This document shows positions 12,229 through 22,796 of a DNA stretch of 64,000 nt, piece by piece. The translations under genes were made by a program, and so were the position numbers. The stretch spans positions 596,466 through 660,465 of the forward strand of contig CP064974.1 of NCBI GenBank assembly GCA_016699385.1, given 5' to 3'. Positions within the stretch are counted from its first letter, which is position 1, and each line of letters opens with the position of its first letter. Source of the stretch: Candidatus Moraniibacteriota bacterium. GTDB lineage: Bacteria; Patescibacteriota; Minisyncoccia; Moranbacterales; UBA1568. Under the pieces are notes generated by a model that was given only the letters and a program-made list of their open reading frames with translations, ran no database searches and was not told the origin of the DNA.

Positions 12229-12645
12229 CTAACAGTCAGTTATCCCATCAGAAAGTTTGAAGCTCGTAATGCCCGTTTCTTCAATAATTGCCGTACACTG
12301 TGTGGCAAGATTCGCCGATTGAACAGATACCTGAAATGAATTCCCTGAACTAATACCACAATCTTCCACATCAACGTCATTGCCGATAGTTCCAGCATCA
12401 ATATCTGCTGGAAATGTTCCGAACGATCCACTCACATCAGTGAAATCCAACGAACCGTTATCGCAAACCTCGATAGCCTTGGTCTGCATAGAATGAACAA
12501 CTGCCTTAAACCGAGCAAGTTTTGCTCTTTCTCTTGCGCTTTGCAAACTCACAAGTACAATGCTTGCCAAAATCCCAATAATTGCAATAACAATAAGAAG
12601 CTCAATGAGTGTAAATCCAGAAAGAGAGAATTTCTTTTGTCGCAT
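12229..12645 (-). CDS. type IV pilin (second copy)
   Basis: [30 protein letters not shown]; the ATG at 12645 within ORF 12229..12705. Confidence 0.85.
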   Translation of the reverse strand: MRQKKFSLSGFTLIELLIVIAIIGILASIVLVSLQSARERAKLARFKAVVHSMQTKAIEVCDNGSLDFTDVSGSFGTFPADIDAGTIGNDVDVEDCGISSGNSFQVSVQSANLATQCTAIIEETGITSFKLSDGITDC

Positions 12646-12717
12646 AGAGCCGATGATTGATTTTGTATTATTCCTTTGCACACCCCCAACAAAGCACTTA
12701 TCCAAGTAAACATGCCC

Positions 12718-13929
12718 TTACGAAATCGAACCCGTAATATTGTATATAGGCATTATAACAGAAACCACGAGAATACCCACGCCGATTCCAAGAAAAACAA
12801 TGAGTATCGGCTCGATAAGCGATGTCATGTTGCGCGTGATATTGTCGACTTCCTGACTATAGAAGCGCGCGGTGCTATCGAGCACGTGATTCATCTTGCC
12901 GGTCTCTTCACCAATCATGAGCATGCGCGAGACAATAGGTGGAATGTCGGAGGAGCGTACGAAAACCGAGCTAATCGTCTTTCCTGTCTTCACTTCGTCG
13001 GCGGCGCGCAAGATAACCGACTGATACACGGTATTGCCTACCACATCGGAAACAATATGGAGTGCTCGGACAACCGGTATACCGCTCGAGAGAAGCGCAC
13101 TAAGATTGTCAGCAAAGCGCGCGATGTACACATAGCGCAAGAGCGTCCCAATAACGGGGATTTTCAACTGCAGATAATTCCATTCGCGACGCCCATCTTC
13201 ACTCTTCGCATAGAAAATCGCACCGCCAAAAGCGGCAATCAACATGAGAAGCACTACCCACCAATAGGAATTCATGAAATCTCCGACACTCATAACTACC
13301 TGCGTGTACCACGGAATTGGTACGCCGAGATCCTTGATCATCACCGTAAGCTTCGGCAAAATAAATGAAACCACGATAAATGAAATTATAGCAGCAACCG
13401 CCACGACAAACCCCGGATAAAAAAGTGCGCCCTTCACACGCGAAGAAAGAAGGTAGTTTCGTTCGATATTGTCCGCGATGAATGTGACGGATTTCTGGAG
13501 ATTTCCGGAAAGCTCGCCCGAGCGCACCATATTCACCACAAGCGGAGAGAATGTATCCGGGAAACGCCCGAGCGCCTCAGAAAACGCCATACCGTCCTCG
13601 AGATCATCCGCTACTTCTTTGACGATAAGCCGCAAATATTTGTTGTCCGACTGATCAGCAATCGCCTGAAGTGAACTCACCACTGGCACGCGCGCCTCGA
13701 TGAGCGTCGAAAGCTGGCGGAAAAACACCATAAGCTCCTTCTGCGTCACACGATCGAGCATCTTCTGAAACTCCCGCTCCACCGAAAAGCCGGCGCTCTC
13801 GCGATCAACCGCAACCGGAACCAAACCGTTCCGTTGGAGAATTTGCGCTGCAAGCTCCTTTGTAAGCGCATCCACAGTACCCTTTTTCATTTCCCCTGCC
13901 TCATCTTTTGCTGTAAATATATACCGCAT
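12718..13929 (-). CDS. pilC: type IV pilus inner-membrane platform protein PilC (GspF family)
   Basis: 403 aa with duplicated GspF domains and three TM segments. Confidence 0.9.
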   Translation of the reverse strand: MRYIFTAKDEAGEMKKGTVDALTKELAAQILQRNGLVPVAVDRESAGFSVEREFQKMLDRVTQKELMVFFRQLSTLIEARVPVVSSLQAIADQSDNKYLRLIVKEVADDLEDGMAFSEALGRFPDTFSPLVVNMVRSGELSGNLQKSVTFIADNIERNYLLSSRVKGALFYPGFVVAVAAIISFIVVSFILPKLTVMIKDLGVPIPWYTQVVMSVGDFMNSYWWVVLLMLIAAFGGAIFYAKSEDGRREWNYLQLKIPVIGTLLRYVYIARFADNLSALLSSGIPVVRALHIVSDVVGNTVYQSVILRAADEVKTGKTISSVFVRSSDIPPIVSRMLMIGEETGKMNHVLDSTARFYSQEVDNITRNMTSLIEPILIVFLGIGVGILVVSVIMPIYNITGSIS

Positions 13930-14174
13930 AGAAAATTTTGTATTTTATTCCGCCTCGCCGTTCCTTGCATACTCATCGCCGTGAGATGAAAGACTCTTCG
14001 AGACTCTTAAGAAAATTCTATTTCTATTGTACCATACTCTTCTCAAAAAACGTTTTTTAAAACAAAGTATTGCTTTCCTCAAAGAGATTCTTGTTTTCTT
14101 TTATTCTCTTGGAAACGGAAGTCCCCACATAACGGAAAGCCCCGGAAAACTGAAACTCGGAAGAAACAAGAATC

Positions 14175-15269
14175 CTACGACTTGCCACCAACCAGCATGC
14201 GGAAATAATCGCGATTCTTGGCATACCGGAAAGCATCTTCGACATCTACCAATCCCTGCTGCACTAAATCAGCGAGCGAGCGATCAAGAGAAACCATACC
14301 ATCCTTCAGACTCGTCTCGATAACACTGTCGATCTGAAAACTCTTATTCTCGCGGATAAGATTTTCAACAGCATGATTCTTAATCATGATTTCGATTGCC
14401 GGAATACGTCCGCCGCCAATACGTGGCAAGAGTCGCTGTGACACGACGCCAAGAAGCACACTCGCCATCTGCGCTCGAATCTGATTCTGCTGATAGGCAG
14501 GGAATACATCAATCACGCGATCGATAGTTTGCGCAGAATCATTCGTATGAAGCGTTGCAAAGATAAGATGCCCTGTCTCTGCCGCCGTCATCGCCGTTGC
14601 CATCGTCTCCAAATCACGCAATTCTCCAAGAAGTACAACATTTGCATCTTCGCGAAATACCGCTCGAAGCGCTTTCGAGAAATCCTTAGCATCCTCACCG
14701 ACTTCACGCTGGTTGATAATGCAGTGATCCTGCACATACACATATTCAATCGGATCTTCGATAGTGAGAATATGCTTGTCCTGATTGTGATTGATAGAGT
14801 CAATGAGTGCAGCGAGTGTCGTGGATTTCCCATGCCCTACCGGTCCCGCAACGAGCACGAGTCCCTGCGACTGCTTTGTGAAGTCATAGAGCGAGGGTGG
14901 CATATTGAGCTCCTCAAGCGTCCGAATACGTTCTCCTACAAACCGCATCGTGACACTAATATACCCTTTCTGAAAAAAAACATTGGTCCGAAAACGCGCC
15001 TTGTTGTCAAAATTATAGGAAAAGTCTGTCTGCCCTTCTTCGAGAAGCTCTTTCTTGTTCTCCTCACGAAGAATCACGTCGGCAAGCCCCTTGGTATCAT
15101 CCGGCGTCAAAATTTCTTCTTTAGAAATTGGCACGAGACGCCCATCAATCCGAAGCGTCGGGTACCGCCCAACAGCAAGATGCAAATCAGACGCCCCCTC
15201 TTGCCCAACCAGAAGGAGGATACTCTTCATGCGTTGTTCATACCGAAGATCCATAGTGAAAAAAATCAA
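14175..15269 (-). CDS. pilT: twitching-motility retraction ATPase PilT
   Basis: Walker A GPVGHGKSTT, Asp box, Walker B and His box; length of about 360 aa is typical of PilT. Confidence 0.9.
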   Translation of the reverse strand: MIFFTMDLRYEQRMKSILLLVGQEGASDLHLAVGRYPTLRIDGRLVPISKEEILTPDDTKGLADVILREENKKELLEEGQTDFSYNFDNKARFRTNVFFQKGYISVTMRFVGERIRTLEELNMPPSLYDFTKQSQGLVLVAGPVGHGKSTTLAALIDSINHNQDKHILTIEDPIEYVYVQDHCIINQREVGEDAKDFSKALRAVFREDANVVLLGELRDLETMATAMTAAETGHLIFATLHTNDSAQTIDRVIDVFPAYQQNQIRAQMASVLLGVVSQRLLPRIGGGRIPAIEIMIKNHAVENLIRENKSFQIDSVIETSLKDGMVSLDRSLADLVQQGLVDVEDAFRYAKNRDYFRMLVGGKS

Positions 15270-15329
15270 ATCTCAAAATATTTCCGCAAACGTATTTGAT
15301 ACAATTCTACAAATTCTTCCTCTATCCTA

Positions 15330-15746
15330 TCATACTTCTGGCACTCCTGAAACATTGTCCTGCAAGAAATCACCCACACGTTGAAATACTTCTGTTGGGG
15401 TCAAGTGAGATTTGATAATATAATCCTTCGCACCCAGAGCAAGACTTTCATTCACGTCTTCTTCTTGTGAAAGGTTTGAGAGGACAAGTATAGGGACAGC
15501 GGCAAGATTTGGAAAATTCTTCACTTCCGAAAGAAATTCCCGCCCATCCATATTCGGCATGATAAGATCAAGCAGAATCACATCGGGCACAAAGCCTTCT
15601 CGAAGTTTTGCAATTGCCTTTGCGCCATCCCCGACCGCGACAACATCACACCCCTCATGCTTAAACTTCGTCTCGTAAATATCACTCACAAAAAAATCAT
15701 CCTCAACAATCATAACTTTCTTTCCTTTCATATTCTCTGTATTCAT
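15330..15746 (-). CDS. CheY-like response-regulator receiver protein (PilH-like)
   Basis: 138-aa stand-alone receiver domain (acidic pocket DD…D54-like LLDLIMP…K); embedded between pilB and pilT. Confidence 0.8.
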   Translation of the reverse strand: MNTENMKGKKVMIVEDDFFVSDIYETKFKHEGCDVVAVGDGAKAIAKLREGFVPDVILLDLIMPNMDGREFLSEVKNFPNLAAVPILVLSNLSQEEDVNESLALGAKDYIIKSHLTPTEVFQRVGDFLQDNVSGVPEV

Positions 15747-15779
15747 AAACTCTCTTGAAGAAGTTAACCTAGTGAAACC

Positions 15780-17498
15780 TTACTCTTCATCGATGAGCGT
15801 CGCGCCCTCAGTGACGCGCTCTACCTCAGCAATCGTCGTATCTCCTCGAAGCGCCTTCAGTATTCCGTCTTGCTTCATCGAAGTCATACCTTGTTTCTTG
15901 GCAATTTCTTGCACCTCCGCTTCGCTCCCCTTCCGCTCGGCAATAACGGCCCGAAGCGAATCGGTCATTTCAAGCACCTCGTGAAGCGCAATACGCCCTT
16001 TGTATCCCGAGTCATTACATTCCGAACAGCCCTTTCCTGCAAAAAACTGAAGCGTCCCGCCAAGAGTCACATGATATCGCGCCGCTTCTTCTGGCGAAAT
16101 ATCCGCAAGAAATTCCTGTACTTTTGCAAGTACTCTCTCCGGCGTTGATACCTGTTCTTTGCAGTGTTCACAAATACGCCTCACAAGTCGCTGCGCTGCA
16201 ACTGCTTGAAGTGACGAAGCAAGCAAAAAGGGTTCGATGCCCATATCAATGAGGCGCGGCACCGCGCCAATCGCATCATTCGTATGAAGCGTCGAGAAAA
16301 CGAGATGCCCCGTGAGCGCTGCATGAATCGCAAGCTCTGCCGTTTCATTGTCACGAATCTCTCCTACCATGAGCACATTTGGATCCTGACGCAAAATACT
16401 TCGAAGTCCACTCGCAAATGTATATCCAATCTCCGGCTTCACTTGACTCTGATTGATACCATCAAGAAAATACTCGACAGGATCTTCAAGAGTCACGATA
16501 TTCCGTTCCTCTTTATTGAGAATGCTCAGGAATCCATAAAGAGTCGTCGATTTTCCCGATCCTGTCGGACCAGTCATGAGAATAATGCCGTACGGCTCCA
16601 TGATTTTCCGTGTCAATACTTCATAATTCCGCCCGGATAATCCCATCTTTTCGAGACTCGCAAGTCCAGCGGATTTATCAAGCACGCGAAGCACTACTTT
16701 TTCTCCTTCAACTACTGGCAATGTTGAAACACGAAGATCTACTGTTTTCCCGCGCTCAGTCACACGAAAACGTCCATCTTGAGGCTTTCGTTTCTCATCG
16801 ATTTTGAGATTAGCGAGAATTTTTATGCGAGAGACTACTGCTTTCCCAACTGAAACTGGCAAAACGAGAGAGGCGTAAAGGACACCATCCACGCGAAAAC
16901 GAATTCGATAATTCCCCTCAATCGGCTCAATATGGATATCGCTTGCTCGTCCATCAATCGCATGTCCTATGACAACTTGTACCAATTTTGCAATCGGCGC
17001 ATCCTGAAATGCCCCTTGGCTCTCTTCTACCACAACAGAAGAATCATCAAAAACATCATCATCACTAAGTGATTGAATCGCCTCAGACAAAGCCTTTTCA
17101 GTGCCAGAATACTGAGACAAAACATTGTCCAGCATTTCTTTAGAAATCTGGTAGGTGCGAACCTCAACACCTTCTTTTTCTGCAAGAAACCGGAGCACAT
17201 TCAACGCTTCGATATCCTGCGGATTTTCCATGGCAACCTTGTAGACTGAACCATCGTGCTCAAACGAAACCATGCGATGTCGCCTAGCAGTATCCTCTGC
17301 GATAAAATTCAGTGTTCGCTTCTCTATCTTTCCAGCAGCAATATTAAGCGGAACAAATGGCTTCTCCCCTGCTCCAACCTTCGTCTTCGAGCTATCAACA
17401 CGAGACGAAACAACCGGATTGTGTGGATGAGACGAAGTATCCGGCATAAACAAGAATCTCGAAATAAGCAAAAGAAATCTCTCTTGAAGTCCGCACAA
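15780..17498 (-). CDS. pilB: type IV pilus assembly ATPase PilB (GspE family)
   Basis: N1/N2 domains, Walker A MTGPTGSGKSTT, tetracysteine motif (CEHC…CSEC). The ORF-track start at 17498 is a TTG; the first ATG is at about 17447. Confidence 0.9.
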   Translation of the reverse strand: MCGLQERFLLLISRFLFMPDTSSHPHNPVVSSRVDSSKTKVGAGEKPFVPLNIAAGKIEKRTLNFIAEDTARRHRMVSFEHDGSVYKVAMENPQDIEALNVLRFLAEKEGVEVRTYQISKEMLDNVLSQYSGTEKALSEAIQSLSDDDVFDDSSVVVEESQGAFQDAPIAKLVQVVIGHAIDGRASDIHIEPIEGNYRIRFRVDGVLYASLVLPVSVGKAVVSRIKILANLKIDEKRKPQDGRFRVTERGKTVDLRVSTLPVVEGEKVVLRVLDKSAGLASLEKMGLSGRNYEVLTRKIMEPYGIILMTGPTGSGKSTTLYGFLSILNKEERNIVTLEDPVEYFLDGINQSQVKPEIGYTFASGLRSILRQDPNVLMVGEIRDNETAELAIHAALTGHLVFSTLHTNDAIGAVPRLIDMGIEPFLLASSLQAVAAQRLVRRICEHCKEQVSTPERVLAKVQEFLADISPEEAARYHVTLGGTLQFFAGKGCSECNDSGYKGRIALHEVLEMTDSLRAVIAERKGSEAEVQEIAKKQGMTSMKQDGILKALRGDTTIAEVERVTEGATLIDEE

Positions 17499-17508
17499 TC
17501 ATTCACCT

Positions 17509-18342
17509 CTATCGAACAAACGGGTTAGGACGCTCGGACGGCGTTGCATCAAGCATTGGCAATTCAGTTGTTACTCGTCCGCGGAGATCCTGAACAACAG
17601 CAAGATCAAACGCCGACGTCTTAAAGGTATCGAGAAGCACACCCGAGGAAAGAGTCGTTTCAGGAAGAACGCCGAATCGAATCACCATATCGGCACTCAA
17701 TACATCAGGGGCAACATCGGCGGATTCAACTTCCGTTTTCCCTTGAGGTTTCTCGGCAATATCTACCGATACGAAGCCCTGGAAATGATTGGCATGATAC
17801 ACTCGGTCAACAAATGCCTTTATCTGGTCATACTTCCCAAGCACTGAAACAGACACTTCTGTCGACCGAACACGAGCGTCCGGAGAAGATTTTGTGAAGA
17901 GGAGTTCCTGATCAGAAGGCATCCCCGTATTCAACAGACTCCCCGGAGAGTTCGCGGCAACCTCCGCCCGGTCGCTTTCTGCCTGTACCTGCAGAGCAGC
18001 TGCTTTTGTCAAATCACTCGATACCGATTTCAAATCAGTTGAAACAAGGAGAATCCCCGATTCACCCGCAAGAAAATTTACCTCGTCTATAATAACGTCA
18101 TCACTTCCCATTTTCGGAAGATACGTCTCCACAAATTGACGATCCCCGTCATTCTTCGTGAGACTACTATCGAGCGTATCAATATTGGCAATCACCTGAT
18201 CCATCTGATCGAGCCGTGCCTGTGCTTGACTATCTTGCGTGCGGAGCATAAGCGCCGAAGAAATTCCCGGCTGTATCCAGAACACTCCAACCGCAAGCGC
18301 AATCACAATCGAGAGCGGAAAAAGAAGAAGCTTCACTTTCAT
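17509..18342 (-). CDS. pilus assembly membrane protein (PilO-like)
   Basis: 277 aa with an N-terminal TM helix and coiled coil, positioned between pilN-like and pilB. Confidence 0.5.
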   Translation of the reverse strand: MKVKLLLFPLSIVIALAVGVFWIQPGISSALMLRTQDSQAQARLDQMDQVIANIDTLDSSLTKNDGDRQFVETYLPKMGSDDVIIDEVNFLAGESGILLVSTDLKSVSSDLTKAAALQVQAESDRAEVAANSPGSLLNTGMPSDQELLFTKSSPDARVRSTEVSVSVLGKYDQIKAFVDRVYHANHFQGFVSVDIAEKPQGKTEVESADVAPDVLSADMVIRFGVLPETTLSSGVLLDTFKTSAFDLAVVQDLRGRVTTELPMLDATPSERPNPFVR

Positions 18343-18423
18343 AACATTTTTATATTAAAAGCAACACAACCCTCATCTCGTACACGTAAGAAAAAATATT
18401 CCCAAATTCCACAGGTATTTAGC

Positions 18424-18951
18424 CTATAAAGAAAGATTGAGATTTGCACCAATCTTTCCATCTGTATTAATCCCTACACTCCCTTCAACAGAAACCGCAG
18501 CAAAGGCATTATCTCTTTTCAAAACAACAATTTGCTGAGCAACCGACCGAAAGGAATCCGCTATCAGAGATACTTTTACCATCCCTGTCTCGACATCATA
18601 GGAGTACGAAGAAATATTGACATCCGGCATGATAGATTGTTCTATTCGCGAGAGAGGATCATTAGGTAAAGAGGCGGTCTTCTTAAGATTTTCGTCAATG
18701 ACACTTAGCCGATCAGCGAAATTAGCGACGCGATTCGCTTTATCTCCAGCAACAAGATTCTTCTTTGAAACGAGTTCTTCTTCATGAGAGGCGACACTTC
18801 TCTCGAGGGATTGCGAGTAATACATCACTCCGAAATACACGCCAAAAGTGACAACAAGCAGAGCGATAGAGAGAAATAAAGAACCGCCAAAAAAACTTTT
18901 CGCCGGACGATTCGATTCTTCTCCTCCTGACATGAGATTAATTTGAGACAT
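18424..18951 (-). CDS. pilus assembly protein PilN-like
   Basis: MSQINLM… N-terminus followed by a TM helix; immediately downstream of pilM. Confidence 0.55.
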   Translation of the reverse strand: MSQINLMSGGEESNRPAKSFFGGSLFLSIALLVVTFGVYFGVMYYSQSLERSVASHEEELVSKKNLVAGDKANRVANFADRLSVIDENLKKTASLPNDPLSRIEQSIMPDVNISSYSYDVETGMVKVSLIADSFRSVAQQIVVLKRDNAFAAVSVEGSVGINTDGKIGANLNLSL

Positions 18952-19034
18952 AGGTACGAGAATTTCGTATAAATTATTTATGTTTGTATTTTCTCCTCAG
19001 AGTATACCATGAAAAAAACGCGAAAACAAAAATT

Positions 19035-20102
19035 TCATTTTTTTCGGTACCGGTCAACGCCTCCGAGCGCGAGTCCAACAGCAATCGCAAAAGAAGGTCC
19101 CAATTTCCCAACCACTGGACGAAGCGCATCTGCAACCTGAATACCCTGCCATGGATCCGCGATTGATACGGGCACATGAAACAAATTTGTGAGGTACGCC
19201 GGAAGCCCCTGCATCTTCGCTGTTCCTCCCGAGAGAATAATTTCGCGAAGCGCATCCGAACCCTCCTTTGCCGCATACATCGTAAAGATACGCCGTACCT
19301 CACTCGTAATGACATCGAGTGTCGAGAAGACCAACGCCGATTCAGGTTGTGTCAAGAAATCTTTTGTGCCACACTTCAACTCTTCGGCACGTTCCCACGA
19401 AATACCCAGTCCTTCCGAAAGGGTCGAGGTAATCTCATTGCCACCCGTATTGAGACTCCGATTCAATCGAACATCTCCATCTCGAACAAGAACGAGATTT
19501 GTAGCGCGCGATCCAATATCAACAATGAGCGAAGAACCAACCTTATCACCAGAGACTGCTCGTGCCAAAGAAAAGATCTCCAACTCCAAGAGATCCACAG
19601 GCATACCTATACCATCAATGTATCGTTCAAATTTTGATACTTCCTTTTTCAATGCTGCGACAAGCAATACCTCCATGGTTTTTTTTTCGGACACATCACC
19701 ACTCTTCCCATTCCGCGAAATCACTTCCCAGCTGAAAGCTACATCTTCAAGAGGTGCCGGAATATATTTGTGTGCCTCAAACTGAATCGCCTGATCAAGT
19801 TCCTTAGCCTCCATTTCTGGCAATTCAATAAGTGTGATGAGTCCGCTAAACCCAGGCAACGCCATATTAATTGCCTTTGCTTTTGGCGAAAGCGACTTCA
19901 AAAGCGCTCTGAGATAATCATGAATTGACTTCTCTGGCGACTGCGCTGCAAGAGCAGCGTTCTTTCCCTCTGTAAAACTCATCTCGATATAGCCGTAATT
20001 GACTAGCTCAGGCAAACCCTTGCGAAGAGTCAATTCGACGGCTTTAATATACGATGTTCCAAAATCGATACCGAGAAAGTAGGGTTTATTGATGCCAAAC
20101 AT
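19035..20102 (-). CDS. pilM: type IV pilus assembly ATPase-fold protein PilM
   Basis: Actin-like ATPase fold (GIDFGTSYIKAV… phosphate-1 motif); 355 aa. Confidence 0.85.
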   Translation of the reverse strand: MFGINKPYFLGIDFGTSYIKAVELTLRKGLPELVNYGYIEMSFTEGKNAALAAQSPEKSIHDYLRALLKSLSPKAKAINMALPGFSGLITLIELPEMEAKELDQAIQFEAHKYIPAPLEDVAFSWEVISRNGKSGDVSEKKTMEVLLVAALKKEVSKFERYIDGIGMPVDLLELEIFSLARAVSGDKVGSSLIVDIGSRATNLVLVRDGDVRLNRSLNTGGNEITSTLSEGLGISWERAEELKCGTKDFLTQPESALVFSTLDVITSEVRRIFTMYAAKEGSDALREIILSGGTAKMQGLPAYLTNLFHVPVSIADPWQGIQVADALRPVVGKLGPSFAIAVGLALGGVDRYRKK

Positions 20103-20242
20103 GACGCGTGTCTTTTTGTATTACGCCAACATTCACAACCAGTGAGAAGTATAGCACAAAAAAGTACACAAAAGAAAAAATACTAAAACACCTCCTCTCT
20201 TCGAACCACAACAATTGTCCGCAATTTTCCGCACGAGGAACA

Positions 20243-20271
20243 TTGACAGAAGCTTCGAGAAAAAATACAAT
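20243..20271 (+). promoter_or_regulatory. sigma70-type promoter for clpC
   Basis: TTGACA (20243-20248) - 17-nt spacer - TACAAT (20266-20271); ATG of clpC at 20292. Confidence 0.55.
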
Positions 20272-20291
20272 AAGGCGACACGGAAATCTCT

Positions 20292-22796
20292 ATGAAAACC
20301 CCTAGAAACACCTTCGAAGAGCCAATTTTCTTTGAGAAACTCAGTCTCAATGCGCGGAAAATCCTCCGAGCGTCGATTGATATTGCTCGCGGAAGCAGCG
20401 CCAAAGAAGTCGAACCACGGCATCTCCTCACAGCAATCCTCGTCGAGAAAGGCTCGCTCGGCAATACCCTCCTCGACAAATTCGGCATCCGCCTCGAAGA
20501 GACTCACGATAAGACAGGGAGCATCTCTGCCGCAAAGACATCCCCGACTCGAGAAGAACCTTCACTCTCAAAAAAAACGCGAGATATCATCGCAAGCGCA
20601 TTCCTTCTTGCTAATCGCTTTTCCTACCCCTATGTCGGGAGTGAGCATTTCGTACACGCACTCATCGAATCGCACGACCCGGATATTGAGCCGCTTCTCT
20701 CTCTCCATCGAGAGTCGACCAATCAAAAGGCACAAAAAAAGACCTCGTCGGACACGCCGCTCGATATTCCAGAGCTCCCCGGATTCTCTCGAATGATGGA
20801 TCTTCCCGACATCGGCTTCGTTTCAGATCGATCAGCGTCCCAATCAGACACTCCTTCTCTCAATGAATACGGGTTCCCTCTCGGCGACAATGCTTCCAAG
20901 CGAACATACCGTACGCGCGCAACAGAAATAGAAAGCATACTCCGCACCCTCGGACGGAAGACCAAGAGCAATCCTCTCCTCATTGGCGATCCCGGAGTCG
21001 GAAAAACCACCATCGTGGAAGCAGTCGCCGAGCGCCTCACCAAAGGTCTCGCCGGTCCAGCATTTCGCGATGCCAAAGTGATACTCCTTGATCTTCCCGC
21101 ACTTGTCGCTGGAACGAGCTTCCGTGGTGAATTCGAAGCACGACTCAAAGAAATTGTCCGAGAAGCGCGCGAGCATCCCAATATCATTCTCTTCCTCGAT
21201 GAAATACACACCTTGGTCGGAGCCGGCAATGCAAGCGGCGGACTCGATGCGGCAAATATATTGAAGCCCGCGCTCTCTCGTGGCGACATACGATGTATTG
21301 GGGCAACCACCTCCGCCGAATACAAGCGTCATATCGAGAAAGATCCCGCACTCGAACGACGATTCCAGCCAATTCGAATTGCCGAGCCATCCGCCAAAGC
21401 AACACTCGATATGCTCGAAGAAAGTCGCCGAGACTACGAAACACACCATCATATCGCCATTGGAAAGGACGCTCTTCGCGCCGCAGTCACACTCAGTATC
21501 CGTCACATGCCCGCTCGTTTCCTTCCCGACAAAGCATTCGACCTCCTCGACGAAGCCGCTTCACTCCTTCGCCGCCGCACACTCACCACCGACGACGCCG
21601 AACAATACGCCACCCTTTCTCTCGCACATGAGAAGGTCTCAGCATTCAAGAACCAACTCATCAAAGATCGCAATTTTGAAGAAGCAAAAACTTTGCGTAT
21701 CGAAGAAGCTTCTCTCGAAAACCAACTTCGAGAACTTTCTCGTGAAGAAGAACTGCGGGGAAAAACGCAAAGCGTCACTCTCTCGGAAGCTGTCGTCGCC
21801 GAAACCGTCGCGCTCATGACAGAAACGCCACTCGAAAAAATACTCGGCACAAAAAGTGACACACTCACGACACTCCTTCCGAAACTTTCCGACAAAATTT
21901 CCGGTCAAGAAGCGGCGTTAACAACTCTCTCTCGGAGTATCATCCGCTCTCGACTCGGATTGAGAGACCACTCGCATCGCCCCTCTGGGTCATTTCTTTT
22001 CCTCGGACCCTCCGGCGTCGGAAAAACACTCACAGCAAAAACGCTCGCCGAAACACTCTTCGCCACCAAACATTCCTTCATTCGTTTCGACATGAGTGAA
22101 TTCCGAGAACGGCACACCATGGCACAAATGATTGGATCGCCTGCCGGATACATCGGTTTCGGCGAAGGCGGCAAACTCACTGAGCATCTGCGTCGTCATC
22201 CAGCATCCATCGTCCTCTTTGATGAAGTCGAGAAGGCGCACCCAGATGTACTCAATCTCCTCCTACAGATTCTCGAAGAAGGCATCCTCACCGACGCCGA
22301 AGGACGACAGGCGCATTTCAGCGAGAGCATCGTCATTCTTACATCGAATATCGGCACAGAATCATTTCTCAAGGAGAAACATTTCGGCTTCGGCGACAAA
22401 ATAACTCCTTCATTCGAATCCCTCCAAGAGGAAGCACTTCGCGAACTCAAACATTCACTTCGCCCGGAGCTCCTCGCTCGTCTCGATCACACCATCGTCT
22501 TTCGTCCACTCGACAAAACATCGCTCTCAAAAATAGCCACCCAAGAACTCGACCATCTCACAGAAAACATGAAACGCCAAAATATCCGACTCCGAAAAGC
22601 ACTCGGACTCGCCGAGTTTATTGGCGCAAAAAGCTCCGAGGAATCCGGTGGCGCACGAGCCGTTCGGAAGGTCATTGGCACCCTTATCGAAGATCCAATC
22701 GCCGACCTGCTTATTACCGCAAAGCGCACCCCAAAAGGAATCTCCCTCTCTCTCCCTGCGTCCAGAGACCGCATAACGATGAAAGTAACGTCATGA
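20292..22796 (+). CDS. clpC: ATP-dependent Clp protease ATP-binding subunit ClpC/ClpB family
   Basis: 834 aa: Clp-N repeats and two AAA+ modules (GDPGVGKTTIVE…, GPSGVGKTLTAK…, sensor motifs). Confidence 0.9.
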   Translation: MKTPRNTFEEPIFFEKLSLNARKILRASIDIARGSSAKEVEPRHLLTAILVEKGSLGNTLLDKFGIRLEETHDKTGSISAAKTSPTREEPSLSKKTRDIIASAFLLANRFSYPYVGSEHFVHALIESHDPDIEPLLSLHRESTNQKAQKKTSSDTPLDIPELPGFSRMMDLPDIGFVSDRSASQSDTPSLNEYGFPLGDNASKRTYRTRATEIESILRTLGRKTKSNPLLIGDPGVGKTTIVEAVAERLTKGLAGPAFRDAKVILLDLPALVAGTSFRGEFEARLKEIVREAREHPNIILFLDEIHTLVGAGNASGGLDAANILKPALSRGDIRCIGATTSAEYKRHIEKDPALERRFQPIRIAEPSAKATLDMLEESRRDYETHHHIAIGKDALRAAVTLSIRHMPARFLPDKAFDLLDEAASLLRRRTLTTDDAEQYATLSLAHEKVSAFKNQLIKDRNFEEAKTLRIEEASLENQLRELSREEELRGKTQSVTLSEAVVAETVALMTETPLEKILGTKSDTLTTLLPKLSDKISGQEAALTTLSRSIIRSRLGLRDHSHRPSGSFLFLGPSGVGKTLTAKTLAETLFATKHSFIRFDMSEFRERHTMAQMIGSPAGYIGFGEGGKLTEHLRRHPASIVLFDEVEKAHPDVLNLLLQILEEGILTDAEGRQAHFSESIVILTSNIGTESFLKEKHFGFGDKITPSFESLQEEALRELKHSLRPELLARLDHTIVFRPLDKTSLSKIATQELDHLTENMKRQNIRLRKALGLAEFIGAKSSEESGGARAVRKVIGTLIEDPIADLLITAKRTPKGISLSLPASRDRITMKVTS

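Noticed and set aside
20332-21819. Several 150-220-aa ORFs on both strands inside clpC
   Set aside because: Alternative frames of the clpC coding region; Ser/Arg/Pro-rich.
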